Shown: piece by piece, positions 46,501 to 54,183 of the stretch
Position numbering within the stretch: the first letter of the stretch is position 1
Layout of the letters: the number at the start of each line of letters is the position of its first letter
Origin: Enterobacter phage phiT5282EW
Strand: one strand, 5' to 3'
Sequence record: PQ352032.1
Length of the DNA stretch: 64,000 nt
Position numbers and translations under genes: made by a program
The notes under the pieces: model-generated
Databases searched by the model: none
What the model saw: the letters and a program-made list of their open reading frames with translations, nothing else
Told to the model about the DNA's origin: nothing

Positions 46501-49500
46501 AGACCAGCCCAAGGTCATACATGTTTTTCGGCTTGCCCGGCGCAGCGGTCAGCTTGTCCAGCACCTCAGCCATGTACTCCTTGTACTTGGTACCGTTGAT
46601 CGTGGTGCTCGGCGTCACGTTCTGCTCATATTTCATAGCCTCAATGAGCAGCTTTTTGCTGTTCTCATCCTTCGCCAGTGTTGCAGCGATGGCGTAGCCC
46701 TGAAAATCAGTTGCCTCGGTCGAGTAGAAACCAACGTCCGGCTTAATCGGCAGGTTGAGCGGCTTGCCATGCTTTTTGAAGTAAGCCTGACCGATTTCAG
46801 ACGCAGCGTAGACGTGCCCGCTGTTCATTTTCAGGATATTGTCGATAACAGTCGTGTACGCGCCCTTATCGCCATGGTTATCCTTGATGAATTCCAGACC
46901 GATGCTGGTCGCATCATCGCCGTTCGCGCCAGCGAGGGCCTGTTTGAGCGCCACAATCTCGCTGCCCGCGCTGCCATTGGCTGAGGTCTCAGGCATATCC
47001 TGCTGTAAGATCCAGTGCCCATTATGGAAGACCAGAATACCGCCTTTACCCTGCTTGGTATCACCTTCTTTCGGGCCATCCTCTACCAGCCACTTATTGA
47101 CCTCCTGCTGGTACAGTTTAACCTGCACAGCAGCTGGCTCTGAAAGGTGAAGCTCGCTCAGCTCATTAAAGTGCTTGGCAATCACATCAGGATCTGATTC
47201 TTTGCCTTTGTGAACTTCTTCGGCAATGACGTTATAGAGGGTCTGCACTTTCGTGCCATAGGTTTTCACCGTGTCGCTGGTTGGTGATACCAGCGGTTTT
47301 TCTGGCTCAGTCCCGTAAGTCTCACTCCACCACTTACCATAGGCTTTCTTGCCAGCGATAAAGAACTCATTCGCCAGCTCGTTAAACCCATTGTCCTTCA
47401 TGGCCTCAGCCAGCACCACCAGCTGCGGCGCATCATGCCCATTCGCCGTCATCCAGTCGCCAGCAATCGCGTCGGCCTGTTTTTCGTCCTTGGCATCTGT
47501 CAGCGCATCAAAGGCGCTTTCCCACATGGCGTAATCATTCAGGATCGCTTTCTTCTCCTGCTTACGCTCATGTTTGGTGGTAATCTGCTCGGATTTCGCC
47601 GCAGCCTGAGATTTCTCAGCCCATGAATCGTACAGCTTCCCGACACTGGACTCGGAGAAAGCCAGATCGCTACCGTAATAAGTAGATGCCTGCTCAATGA
47701 ATGCCTCGCCTTTGGTCTTCGCCCACTCGTTGAACTCAGCCACATCGTTGAATTCTGGCAGCTGCGGTTCAGGGGTTGGCGCACGCTCCTGCTTGATCTG
47801 AGGTGGCGTCGGCAGCGATTTCACGGAGATATCGCCCAGCTCTTTCTTGGCGGCGGTCACGGCTTCGATGATCCACGCGGACAGGTCAACCTTCTGGAAG
47901 GCATCAATCAGGTTCTGGTCATCACGGATCACTGTCACCATGTCGTTGATGTTGTCCACAGCCAGCGCCCAGTTACCCGCGTTGAGGTCATTCTGGATGT
48001 CCTCACAGATGCCGTCGATAAACGCATCACCAGTCTGCGGAGGATTGGAGAAAGTCTTCGTGCCCGGCTCCGGTGCAGCAGTTTGCAGGCCAAGGGATTC
48101 CGCCAGATTTACGGACGGGGTTTTGCCAGCCATGATCTGCTGGTAGACCTCATTCTGCGTGTTGGAGAAGCCGGAGATATGGCCCCAGTCGCCCTTCTCG
48201 TTAACCCACATGCCTGAGCCCGGATTCTTCGGATCCGCGACGATGACGGCGCTGGTATTGGTCGGGTAAACGCCTGCGTCTGGAGTCGTGGACAGCACGC
48301 CATTCCACATGTTCTTGATGACGTTTTGCTGCTTCTGGGTCAGGTGATTCGGCTTGCCCAGCTCCACCAGCTCGGTCGGGTACTCGCTATGGTGATAGTC
48401 GGAAATGTAGCCCAGATTGTCCGGGGTTTTGGTGTTGCCACCAAAGCCGATCAGTTTCAGGTACTGTCCCGCTTGGAACGGCTTAGCCAGCGGCTCACCC
48501 TTCTTGCTTATAGGCCATGCGGTCGCGTGCCCCATCAGCACTTTCAGGTACGGCTTACCGTCCTTGTCGTAGGTCTGGATGATTGAGCCTGCGGGCAGGT
48601 TCGGCATATCGGAGATCGACAGCTTCTGGCCCTTTTTGAACTCACCAGCGACAGGCTGATCCTTGAGCGGCTCGCCAGTCTCCTGATTGTGCCAGCGACC
48701 GTCTTTGAAAACCTGCATCCCGTTTTTGCCCATGCGGGTATCACCTTCCTGCGGGCCTTCCTCAGCCCGGACGGTTTTCTGCTGCTCAACCTCTGCGCTG
48801 GCCTTCTGATCCTTTTCTGCCTGGCTAAACTGGCCCAGCATTGGATGCACGGCGTCTTTGCCGATAACCACTTTGATATCCGGGTAGCCCAGCGCTGCCA
48901 GCGCGTTATTCGCAGCCTTGGCGACTTTGAGCCCGTAGGTGTTTTTTCCGTATGTCATCGCCAGAATGCCGTTGATGTTGCCTACTTCGCCAGCGGCCTT
49001 GATAGCGGCGATCTGCGCGTTGTAGCTTTTGGCATTCTTAATGTTCTCCGCGACGGCGAACTGGCTCCAGTCGATAGCGTCCATGGCCTTCTTCGACACG
49101 GATGCTTTCGGGGCTGGCTTGCCTTCGGCGGTGTCCGGCTGCGCCGGGGAGGTAGCGATGATTTCCACTGCGCTCAGTGGGCTCGGTTCCTCGGACTGCA
49201 CCAGCGGCTTATTCGGGTTCTCACCCGTTAGCAGCGCCAGCTTTTGACCGTAGAGGTTCAGCAGCTTTTTGCTATTCGGGGTGATACCCTTCCAGCTTTT
49301 CGCCTTGGTCTTGATGGCTTCCAGCTCCGCCAGACTGGTGGCGTCGATAACCTTCTGAGCCTGCGCCTCATACGCGGTGCGCACGCCAGTGGAGTTTTTG
49401 CCGGATTCAAATTTAGGCATGACGATTTCGCCTGGCTTCGGTGCTTCGGCAGCAGGTGTTGAGGCTTTCTGGACTTCTTCTTTAGCTGCGTTTTTTTTCT

Positions 49501-50284
49501 CAGGTGAAGGAGACGGCCCATCTTTTGGCATAATAAGGCTTAGTTTTTTTGCGCCACCCGGTTCAGTTTTAAAGTATCCAAACTGCGTACCGTAATTCTC
49601 AATCGCGTGCAGCTGGTGCTGTTTTAAATCACCAATCTCAATAGTGATGACGTTATTTTTTACTTTGTATGCTTCAATCGGTGGCAGACCTAGGTAACTC
49701 TCAATTCCAGAAACAATGGCTTGTTGTTTGGCTGTCAAATTACCTGTAGCTGGTTTTGTTGCTGCCTTTGCCTCTTGCGCTACGGCTTCAACGGCCTGCT
49801 CAGCCATCTGATCGACGGTCTCAGGCTCTCTCTCGTATGTGGCGATGGCAGGGTGCTCACCCGCTTTCTGGCCCGCGCTGACCTTCTCCTGCGAGCCCAT
49901 TTGCTCCAGCAGATAGTTGGCAATCGCCACCAGCTTTTTACCGTGGGTGTTCACGCCATAGGAGGATCCCAGAATCGCCGCGATATCGCCGTTGGCAGCG
50001 TGCTGCAACAGGTTCGGGACGTGCTTCTGGTTGAAATGCTTAATGTCTTTGTTGGTCGCCTCTTTCTCAGCAGGATAGAGCAGCTGGCTCGACTCCTCCT
50101 GAGGCATGGCGTAAGGCTTATGGCCTTTGCCACCAGCTTTAGGGTGCGCGGCTTTCGGAGCGTTCTTGACGCCCTTCATGTCCGGCGTGGTTTTCTTCCA
50201 GCGCCCATTGATCAGCGCATAGCCCGCTTGGTGGGCGAATTTTTGATTAAGTGCTTTTGCGAGGACAAGCATGGTGGCCACCAT
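43511..50284 (-). CDS. giant (2257 aa) modular protein with C-terminal mono-ADP-ribosyltransferase domain (C2/C3/Vip2/iota R-S-E class)
   Basis: C-terminal 170 aa: YTGSSYKQMNSGLWKG helix, Arg in TFGRKFSLG, STS in AIMSTSISP, ExE in HTGEKEIILPPNTRL, matching Vip2/C3 catalytic motif order and spacing; three linker repeats GPKEGD-x-K-x-G; continuous ORF. Confidence 0.85.
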   Translation of the reverse strand: MVATMLVLAKALNQKFAHQAGYALINGRWKKTTPDMKGVKNAPKAAHPKAGGKGHKPYAMPQEESSQLLYPAEKEATNKDIKHFNQKHVPNLLQHAANGDIAAILGSSYGVNTHGKKLVAIANYLLEQMGSQEKVSAGQKAGEHPAIATYEREPETVDQMAEQAVEAVAQEAKAATKPATGNLTAKQQAIVSGIESYLGLPPIEAYKVKNNVITIEIGDLKQHQLHAIENYGTQFGYFKTEPGGAKKLSLIMPKDGPSPSPEKKNAAKEEVQKASTPAAEAPKPGEIVMPKFESGKNSTGVRTAYEAQAQKVIDATSLAELEAIKTKAKSWKGITPNSKKLLNLYGQKLALLTGENPNKPLVQSEEPSPLSAVEIIATSPAQPDTAEGKPAPKASVSKKAMDAIDWSQFAVAENIKNAKSYNAQIAAIKAAGEVGNINGILAMTYGKNTYGLKVAKAANNALAALGYPDIKVVIGKDAVHPMLGQFSQAEKDQKASAEVEQQKTVRAEEGPQEGDTRMGKNGMQVFKDGRWHNQETGEPLKDQPVAGEFKKGQKLSISDMPNLPAGSIIQTYDKDGKPYLKVLMGHATAWPISKKGEPLAKPFQAGQYLKLIGFGGNTKTPDNLGYISDYHHSEYPTELVELGKPNHLTQKQQNVIKNMWNGVLSTTPDAGVYPTNTSAVIVADPKNPGSGMWVNEKGDWGHISGFSNTQNEVYQQIMAGKTPSVNLAESLGLQTAAPEPGTKTFSNPPQTGDAFIDGICEDIQNDLNAGNWALAVDNINDMVTVIRDDQNLIDAFQKVDLSAWIIEAVTAAKKELGDISVKSLPTPPQIKQERAPTPEPQLPEFNDVAEFNEWAKTKGEAFIEQASTYYGSDLAFSESSVGKLYDSWAEKSQAAAKSEQITTKHERKQEKKAILNDYAMWESAFDALTDAKDEKQADAIAGDWMTANGHDAPQLVVLAEAMKDNGFNELANEFFIAGKKAYGKWWSETYGTEPEKPLVSPTSDTVKTYGTKVQTLYNVIAEEVHKGKESDPDVIAKHFNELSELHLSEPAAVQVKLYQQEVNKWLVEDGPKEGDTKQGKGGILVFHNGHWILQQDMPETSANGSAGSEIVALKQALAGANGDDATSIGLEFIKDNHGDKGAYTTVIDNILKMNSGHVYAASEIGQAYFKKHGKPLNLPIKPDVGFYSTEATDFQGYAIAATLAKDENSKKLLIEAMKYEQNVTPSTTINGTKYKEYMAEVLDKLTAAPGKPKNMYDLGLVFNNAKDNLETLMAVQEYVAKKGDNPATYQDIVKAAGDNVAHIPVLQSILKDSINMHGVPQGIPKASYKGDSMADADALDGLAAMAMLAKYTDSPEMKEAVLNSVKESAYALMANQGTDVVKMSMTDYAISTMTFVQDQITGAEEPAPAPEPAAPELGNIDLKLLDDIKSIAETKTGLQKVVKASVACKEYYDANPDKVDAVSTIKSVLIINDFTPVAIEGILTAIKNTVAEEDAKKADEGQKEGDGPKEGDMKPGANGMLILKNGRWVRANPDEIPAPDFAALGLSAWQQDHYMKYVDNLKAKLTKGGGTKGVIMQKADGSMLIYGEFGMKIKVSTEYGPTAPGKKALAQYASMMLMANGIKVKSGYNPEVNGTYAMNGVAQLMNATAATSNPAENGLAADGPMEVKKYQWKKKEPISVDEWTVTGGNQGGSNEGMKMKDADGQEWYVKFPDNEEHAKAEVLAAKLYSAAGLSAQDAMIVTKDGKMAIASKWENIKKAKTHAALAKAKGMLEGFAVDAWLGNWDVVGLAKDNVQLKDDGTIHRVDAGGSLMFRAQGAKKEFGPVVKELESLMDPKMNANSAAVFGGMTEADIAASVSKVLAISDAKIAHMVNQYGPGDEKAKKELVETLIKRKEYLAEKYPEAEQIIKMQKFKPEKISTPPDFLNWSGVGKSGPSSKEFLNKGNHDAAQAIYSAALTGDPEAIRGLTAPTFDKDTGAVTGQVPVLDHPSQHIKGYAMQAINEIKSQLTGHEAEQFRIGGDHPLYSMHEEYKPENWSGNDADKIGNLLVLGHPGIVEPEDLGITKTTFKAGTLTTNTYAKAAQEVWEKLPMTQKQAVQAYTGSSYKQMNSGLWKGNPSAEAKAAAQALSGMGHEISPGTTFGRKFSLGSGDLSKLKASVGKVIMEPAIMSTSISPDVWSGNIHLKMTAGPGVKGIYAGAGSLPSGGSISHHTGEKEIILPPNTRLLITKVNESGTKDADGFGGSGMTVVECIILPSV

Positions 50285-50316
50285 TCAACGAATAATGGCC
50301 CAGTGTGGCATCACGA

Positions 50317-50526
50317 CTAATTAACGTCTTTCACCTTCCGACCAAAGCGCTCCACGCACGCGAGAAACGCCTCCTGTTTCGTGTGGCAGTGCTCCGACAG
50401 CATGGTGGAGTGCTTGCCGTCCGTGAACTGGATTTCCCACTTCGCGGATCCGGTCTTTGGCGGGCCGGGCCAGTCAGCGGCGGCGTCGTATACCGCCTGC
50501 TGCTCCGGGGTCATCTGGAAACTCAA
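50317..50526 (-). CDS. hypothetical early protein
   Basis: 69-aa ORF. Confidence 0.3.
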   Translation of the reverse strand: MSFQMTPEQQAVYDAAADWPGPPKTGSAKWEIQFTDGKHSTMLSEHCHTKQEAFLACVERFGRKVKDVN

Positions 50527-50963
50527 CGGCCTGCCGCCTTCTTGAGCTCCACGACGATACAGTGGAGCGTGTCCAGCTGTTCATCGGTCGCATGACTCAG
50601 CAGCTGGCTCAGGCCAAAGCCACCACTCATTTCGTTCTGGATGACGCTGCGCATTGCTGCCTTGCGCTGCTCATAGGCAAAGTCAGCCTCGTCACGGTAA
50701 ACGTCAAGCGCAGGATATCCGCCTGTCTTCGGAACATGGTTGTAATTACTCCAGTCCTTAATGGCGATGCGCTCCTGCCAGCACTCCGGCACGCTATTGG
50801 TCTCATTGGCGCGGTCAATATCTGACTGCCGGGCGACGTAAAGCCATTTGGTGCCTTTGCGGACAACAATCATGATCCCGCGCGGGGGGCTGCGCTTATC
50901 GCGTGAGCCAATAAACAGGGTGTCTCCCTTTTTCAGGGCTTTCAGGTCGGCTTCTTTCAGCAT
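50523..50963 (-). CDS. hypothetical early protein
   Basis: 146-aa ORF, 4-nt overlap with the downstream 69-aa early ORF. Confidence 0.4.
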   Translation of the reverse strand: MLKEADLKALKKGDTLFIGSRDKRSPPRGIMIVVRKGTKWLYVARQSDIDRANETNSVPECWQERIAIKDWSNYNHVPKTGGYPALDVYRDEADFAYEQRKAAMRSVIQNEMSGGFGLSQLLSHATDEQLDTLHCIVVELKKAAGR

Positions 50964-50973
50964 GGGGGAATCC

Positions 50974-51330
50974 TTAAATTTTGATTAAATGGGCTTTGTG
51001 AATACGCACGGTGCCGTAACTGTAGCGGCCTTTCTTGCGGATATTCAGCTCGTAATACTGCCGGAAGTCGATCCCCGGCTCATTCCAGTTAAGGGTCACG
51101 AAAACGCCGTGAACGTGCAGGACATCCAGCGGGCGATCACTGCCACGGATAAACACGCGGTCGCCGGGCTTGAGCTCCTGCTTAATGGATTCCATCACCT
51201 CCAGCGCGAGGTCAGCATTAACCTCAGTCGCATGATAGCCAGCGTTGAACGTATACCAGCCATTTGCGCCAGCTGCGCGGATGTGGTTTTTAAGTGAGTT
51301 GATCATGGGTTGATTCCTTAAATGCCGCAT
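50974..51330 (-). CDS. hypothetical early protein
   Basis: 118-aa ORF. Confidence 0.4.
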   Translation of the reverse strand: MRHLRNQPMINSLKNHIRAAGANGWYTFNAGYHATEVNADLALEVMESIKQELKPGDRVFIRGSDRPLDVLHVHGVFVTLNWNEPGIDFRQYYELNIRKKGRYSYGTVRIHKAHLIKI

Positions 51331-51344
51331 CCATGCGGCCTGCG

Positions 51345-51950
51345 TTACGCTGCGATACCGCGCTGCCCGGTTGCGATAGCCAGACGCGCCTTGCGGTCAT
51401 AGTGCCCGATCAGGCCCATGGTGATCAGGATCCCCGCCGCCAGAGAAATGATGACGAGCAGAATCACCAGCTGCGCCTGCTTACTGTCTTTGCTGTCTCC
51501 GCCCTTGAATAGCTTGCTAACGCTATCCCACGCGCCGGACACGCCACCATTAGCAGCGTTGTAGATGTTATGGGCGCTGGCGAAGGTGTTCCATGCTGCC
51601 GTTCCCATGTTGGCCCAGTTGCGTTCCCGGTACGCCACGATCCAGCTATGCACAGTGATAAGCAGCCCTGTACCGATAGCCGGGATAATGATGCCCAGAT
51701 ACCAGAGGCTGATTGCCGCCTGCGCATATTTCTCGTCGAGGTGCCCGGTAAGGTACGCCGCGTATACTTCAATGAAGATAATCACGCTGGAAAAGCCGAT
51801 TGCGGCCTGAATAGCTCCGCACCAGACCAGCACCCGGATCCAGCCGCCAAGGCGTTTGGACTCGGCCCACATCGTCCCGCAGGTCTTGCAGTTGAACCAG
51901 CTGATCAGCAGGTTGAGGGCCAGAATTCCCCACAGCATTAACATTCCCAT
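51345..51950 (-). CDS. polytopic inner-membrane protein (4 TM; superinfection-exclusion candidate)
   Basis: Start set to MGMLMLWGIL (AAGGAAA RBS) after a GCCGGG..CCCGGC hairpin; four hydrophobic segments. Confidence 0.45.
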   Translation of the reverse strand: MGMLMLWGILALNLLISWFNCKTCGTMWAESKRLGGWIRVLVWCGAIQAAIGFSSVIIFIEVYAAYLTGHLDEKYAQAAISLWYLGIIIPAIGTGLLITVHSWIVAYRERNWANMGTAAWNTFASAHNIYNAANGGVSGAWDSVSKLFKGGDSKDSKQAQLVILLVIISLAAGILITMGLIGHYDRKARLAIATGQRGIAA

Positions 51951-51993
51951 TTTGTTTCCTTTGAAAAGTGCCGGGAGCCGCCCGGCGCGGTTG

Positions 51994-52212
51994 TTATTTA
52001 TCTTTCTCGCGGTTGTAGCGCTCATGGGTTAGCAGATCCCATGTATCGCCATTATCCCGGCTCAGTAAACGCCAGCGGATGCCGACCTTTAACGAGATAC
52101 CACCGCTGCGCTTGAGGTGGGTTATTGCTGCCTCTCCGCGCTGCCACATTTCCAGAATCTGCCCGGCTTTTATCAGCGCCTGAGCGGGAATTCCTTTCAT
52201 TGCCTTGAACAT
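51994..52212 (-). CDS. hypothetical small protein
   Basis: 72 aa; directly downstream of consensus promoter. Confidence 0.4.
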   Translation of the reverse strand: MFKAMKGIPAQALIKAGQILEMWQRGEAAITHLKRSGGISLKVGIRWRLLSRDNGDTWDLLTHERYNREKDK

Positions 52213-52242
52213 AAAAAAGCCTCACCTTGGGTTGGTGAGGCT

Positions 52243-52271
52243 ATATTATTACGTCATGGGTGACGTGTCAA
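52243..52271 (-). promoter_or_regulatory. consensus sigma70 promoter TTGACA-N17-TAATAT with palindrome ACGTCA-cccA-TGACGT in spacer
   Basis: Read on minus strand; perfect -35 and near-perfect -10; predicted TSS falls inside downstream terminator hairpin 52219-52241. Confidence 0.65.
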
Positions 52272-52633
52272 CGGGTCGGCACCACTTCTACGCCACCGTT
52301 GTAGTAGTCGCAGCGCACCCACATCTGAACATCCGGCCTGAACAGCGTCGGGCGCTGGGTTCGCCATACCTGCCACGCCCCTGACTCACCTTTTGCGTAA
52401 ATTTCCAGCTGCCCTACTTCGACCGTTGGCAGGTCACAGGCACGCATCCAGCGATAGTGCGGCTTGGTGCGACGGATTGATGGCCCGACCGCAGTATGCC
52501 AGTGGCGCAGCTGGCCCTGCGTCAGATGCTTGGGCCATTGAGGAAAGTTTGGGTTAACGTAACCCGGATCCAGCTGGCGCAGGCTCTCGTTATACGCCGC
52601 CTCGCCCAGAGTCATCGCTTTAGCTCGGCTCAT
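52268..52633 (-). CDS. hypothetical early protein
   Basis: Start set to MSRAKAMTL. Confidence 0.35.
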   Translation of the reverse strand: MSRAKAMTLGEAAYNESLRQLDPGYVNPNFPQWPKHLTQGQLRHWHTAVGPSIRRTKPHYRWMRACDLPTVEVGQLEIYAKGESGAWQVWRTQRPTLFRPDVQMWVRCDYYNGGVEVVPTR

Positions 52634-52634
52634 A

Positions 52635-52943
52635 TCAGTACGTCCTGAATCCGTTGCAGTTGCGCAGGAAGTCCACAAAGTCGGCCTTAAATGCTTTGGC
52701 CCGGTCGGCTTCGGAACTGAACCAGCCCGGCGTCGGCTCCCATGCTTCGATGATGTCAGCCATCTTGCCAGCCGTGCGCGGAGAGACCACCCACGGGTCA
52801 GTTGTTTTGCGCTGCTCTACCTGCGGCAGCTTCGCCATGCCCGGCAGAAATACCAGCGTCCACCATGTACCATTGGCGATGTCATAGCCCGGCAGGCGGT
52901 TCTCGTCGCCTTTACGGCGGCGGTCTTCGATAGAAATGGTCAT
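52635..52943 (-). CDS. hypothetical early protein
   Basis: 102-aa ORF. Confidence 0.35.
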   Translation of the reverse strand: MTISIEDRRRKGDENRLPGYDIANGTWWTLVFLPGMAKLPQVEQRKTTDPWVVSPRTAGKMADIIEAWEPTPGWFSSEADRAKAFKADFVDFLRNCNGFRTY

Positions 52944-53236
52944 ACAGATTTACCCCCCGTGTAATCAGCCACTACCTTCCCGTTGTTGTCGTAATACTTG
53001 ATCTGATACATCGGGTGGCAATTGTGTTTGTGTTTCCCATATTTCAGCTGGTTGGCAAAAACCACATCCAGATTGGCGCTGCCGTTCATCCCGGCGATGG
53101 TGCCGATATCGCCGGAGACCTCAACCATCATCCCCAGTTTGGCGAACGTGATCCCACGCGTGCGGGCCATGTCTTCTTCGAACTGCTTCGCCTTACTCAC
53201 CATCAGCCTGCTCCTTTGCTGGTTCGCGCAGGACAC
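52940..53236 (-). CDS. hypothetical early protein
   Basis: 98-aa ORF. Confidence 0.35.
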   Translation of the reverse strand: MSCANQQRSRLMVSKAKQFEEDMARTRGITFAKLGMMVEVSGDIGTIAGMNGSANLDVVFANQLKYGKHKHNCHPMYQIKYYDNNGKVVADYTGGKSV

Positions 53237-53648
53237 GGGCGTAATGCTCAGCGCGGGCGCAAATGTTGTTCATGCTGCTGCGCTCTTTGTCGAGCCAGTC
53301 AGCCTTGAATGCCGCCTTTTCTTCCTCAGGCAGGACGCTCAGGGCTTTCTCATATGCCCGGCGCTCAGCCATACTACCGATCAGGAATGACTCGAATACC
53401 TCAGCCAGCGCCTCTTTGTCGCACTGCTCAAAGGACTCCCCGACCGTTTTACCGAAGGTCTTCTGGAAAAACTCCTCGGTGCCGCCAAACATGAACAGCG
53501 GGACTTTGCGAGGCTCAGTCTCAGTGTCGAGCTCAGTTGCGCCATACTGACCGCCCATGATGCCAACGGCGATAGCCGCGAGCTCATGCGTTGGTGCTTT
53601 AAAGGTGATTTTATCTGACAGGTTGATCAGCTCCCAGAGGCTCATGAT
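53193..53648 (-). CDS. hypothetical early protein
   Basis: Start set to MSLWELINLSD. Confidence 0.35.
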   Translation of the reverse strand: MMSLWELINLSDKITFKAPTHELAAIAVGIMGGQYGATELDTETEPRKVPLFMFGGTEEFFQKTFGKTVGESFEQCDKEALAEVFESFLIGSMAERRAYEKALSVLPEEEKAAFKADWLDKERSSMNNICARAEHYARVLREPAKEQADGE

Positions 53649-53938
53649 GCTGGCTCCTCTTTTGGTTTGCCTTCGAACTTCTTGCCGCAGAATGGGCAAT
53701 AATTCATCGTCATAAACGAACTGCCATCAGTGCAGCGCTGAGCCAGCGAGCCATCTTTCTTGCGCTTGAGAAAGCGGAAGGTGTAAGGCACGGTGACGCT
53801 GGAGTGGTCGCCATCAGCCAGGACAAACACGCTGTTTGTCCAGTTGGCTTCTTCGATCTCTCCAATTTGATCGCCAAAGCGCTTGGTCAGGTGCTCTTTG
53901 AACTGAGCCCCCAGCTTTTTGAAACAATCACAGGCCAT
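53642..53938 (-). CDS. zinc-ribbon protein (C-x-C ... C-P-F-C)
   Basis: MACDCF... and MNYCPFCGKKF. Confidence 0.4.
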   Translation of the reverse strand: MACDCFKKLGAQFKEHLTKRFGDQIGEIEEANWTNSVFVLADGDHSSVTVPYTFRFLKRKKDGSLAQRCTDGSSFMTMNYCPFCGKKFEGKPKEEPAS

Positions 53939-54014
53939 CAGGAATCCTTTTAGGGTTGGTTAAATAACCCGTAACGCACCGCGCTACGGGGCTTTATTGC
54001 TTGATGCGTGGTTG

Positions 54015-54042
54015 ATGATACGTTATGCGTGACGTAATGCAA
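54015..54042 (-). promoter_or_regulatory. sigma70-like promoter TTGCAT-N16-TATCAT with TACGT..ACGTA dyad in spacer
   Basis: Read on minus strand, between terminator 54066-54087 and leader hairpin 53963-53987. Confidence 0.5.
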
Positions 54043-54065
54043 GCATTATTTACGCCACTGCTGAC

Positions 54066-54087
54066 GTATGTAGTCAAAAAAGGCCCC
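54066..54087 (-). terminator. Rho-independent terminator
   Basis: AAGGCCC-tacg-GGGCCTT with TTTTTT on minus strand. Confidence 0.65.
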
Positions 54088-54183
54088 GTAGGGCCTTCGG
54101 TTACTTACTGTAAACGGGGCTCAGACCATGATCTGAGTGCCCGTGTCCTGCTCCCCCGGTCGGGGCATTCCATACCGGGGCTT

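Noticed and set aside
43511-50284. Giant ORF as the tape measure protein
   Set aside because: A bona fide tape measure (926 aa, SLT end) is present next to the chaperone pair at 17044..19824; the giant ORF has enzyme motifs and lies outside the tail module
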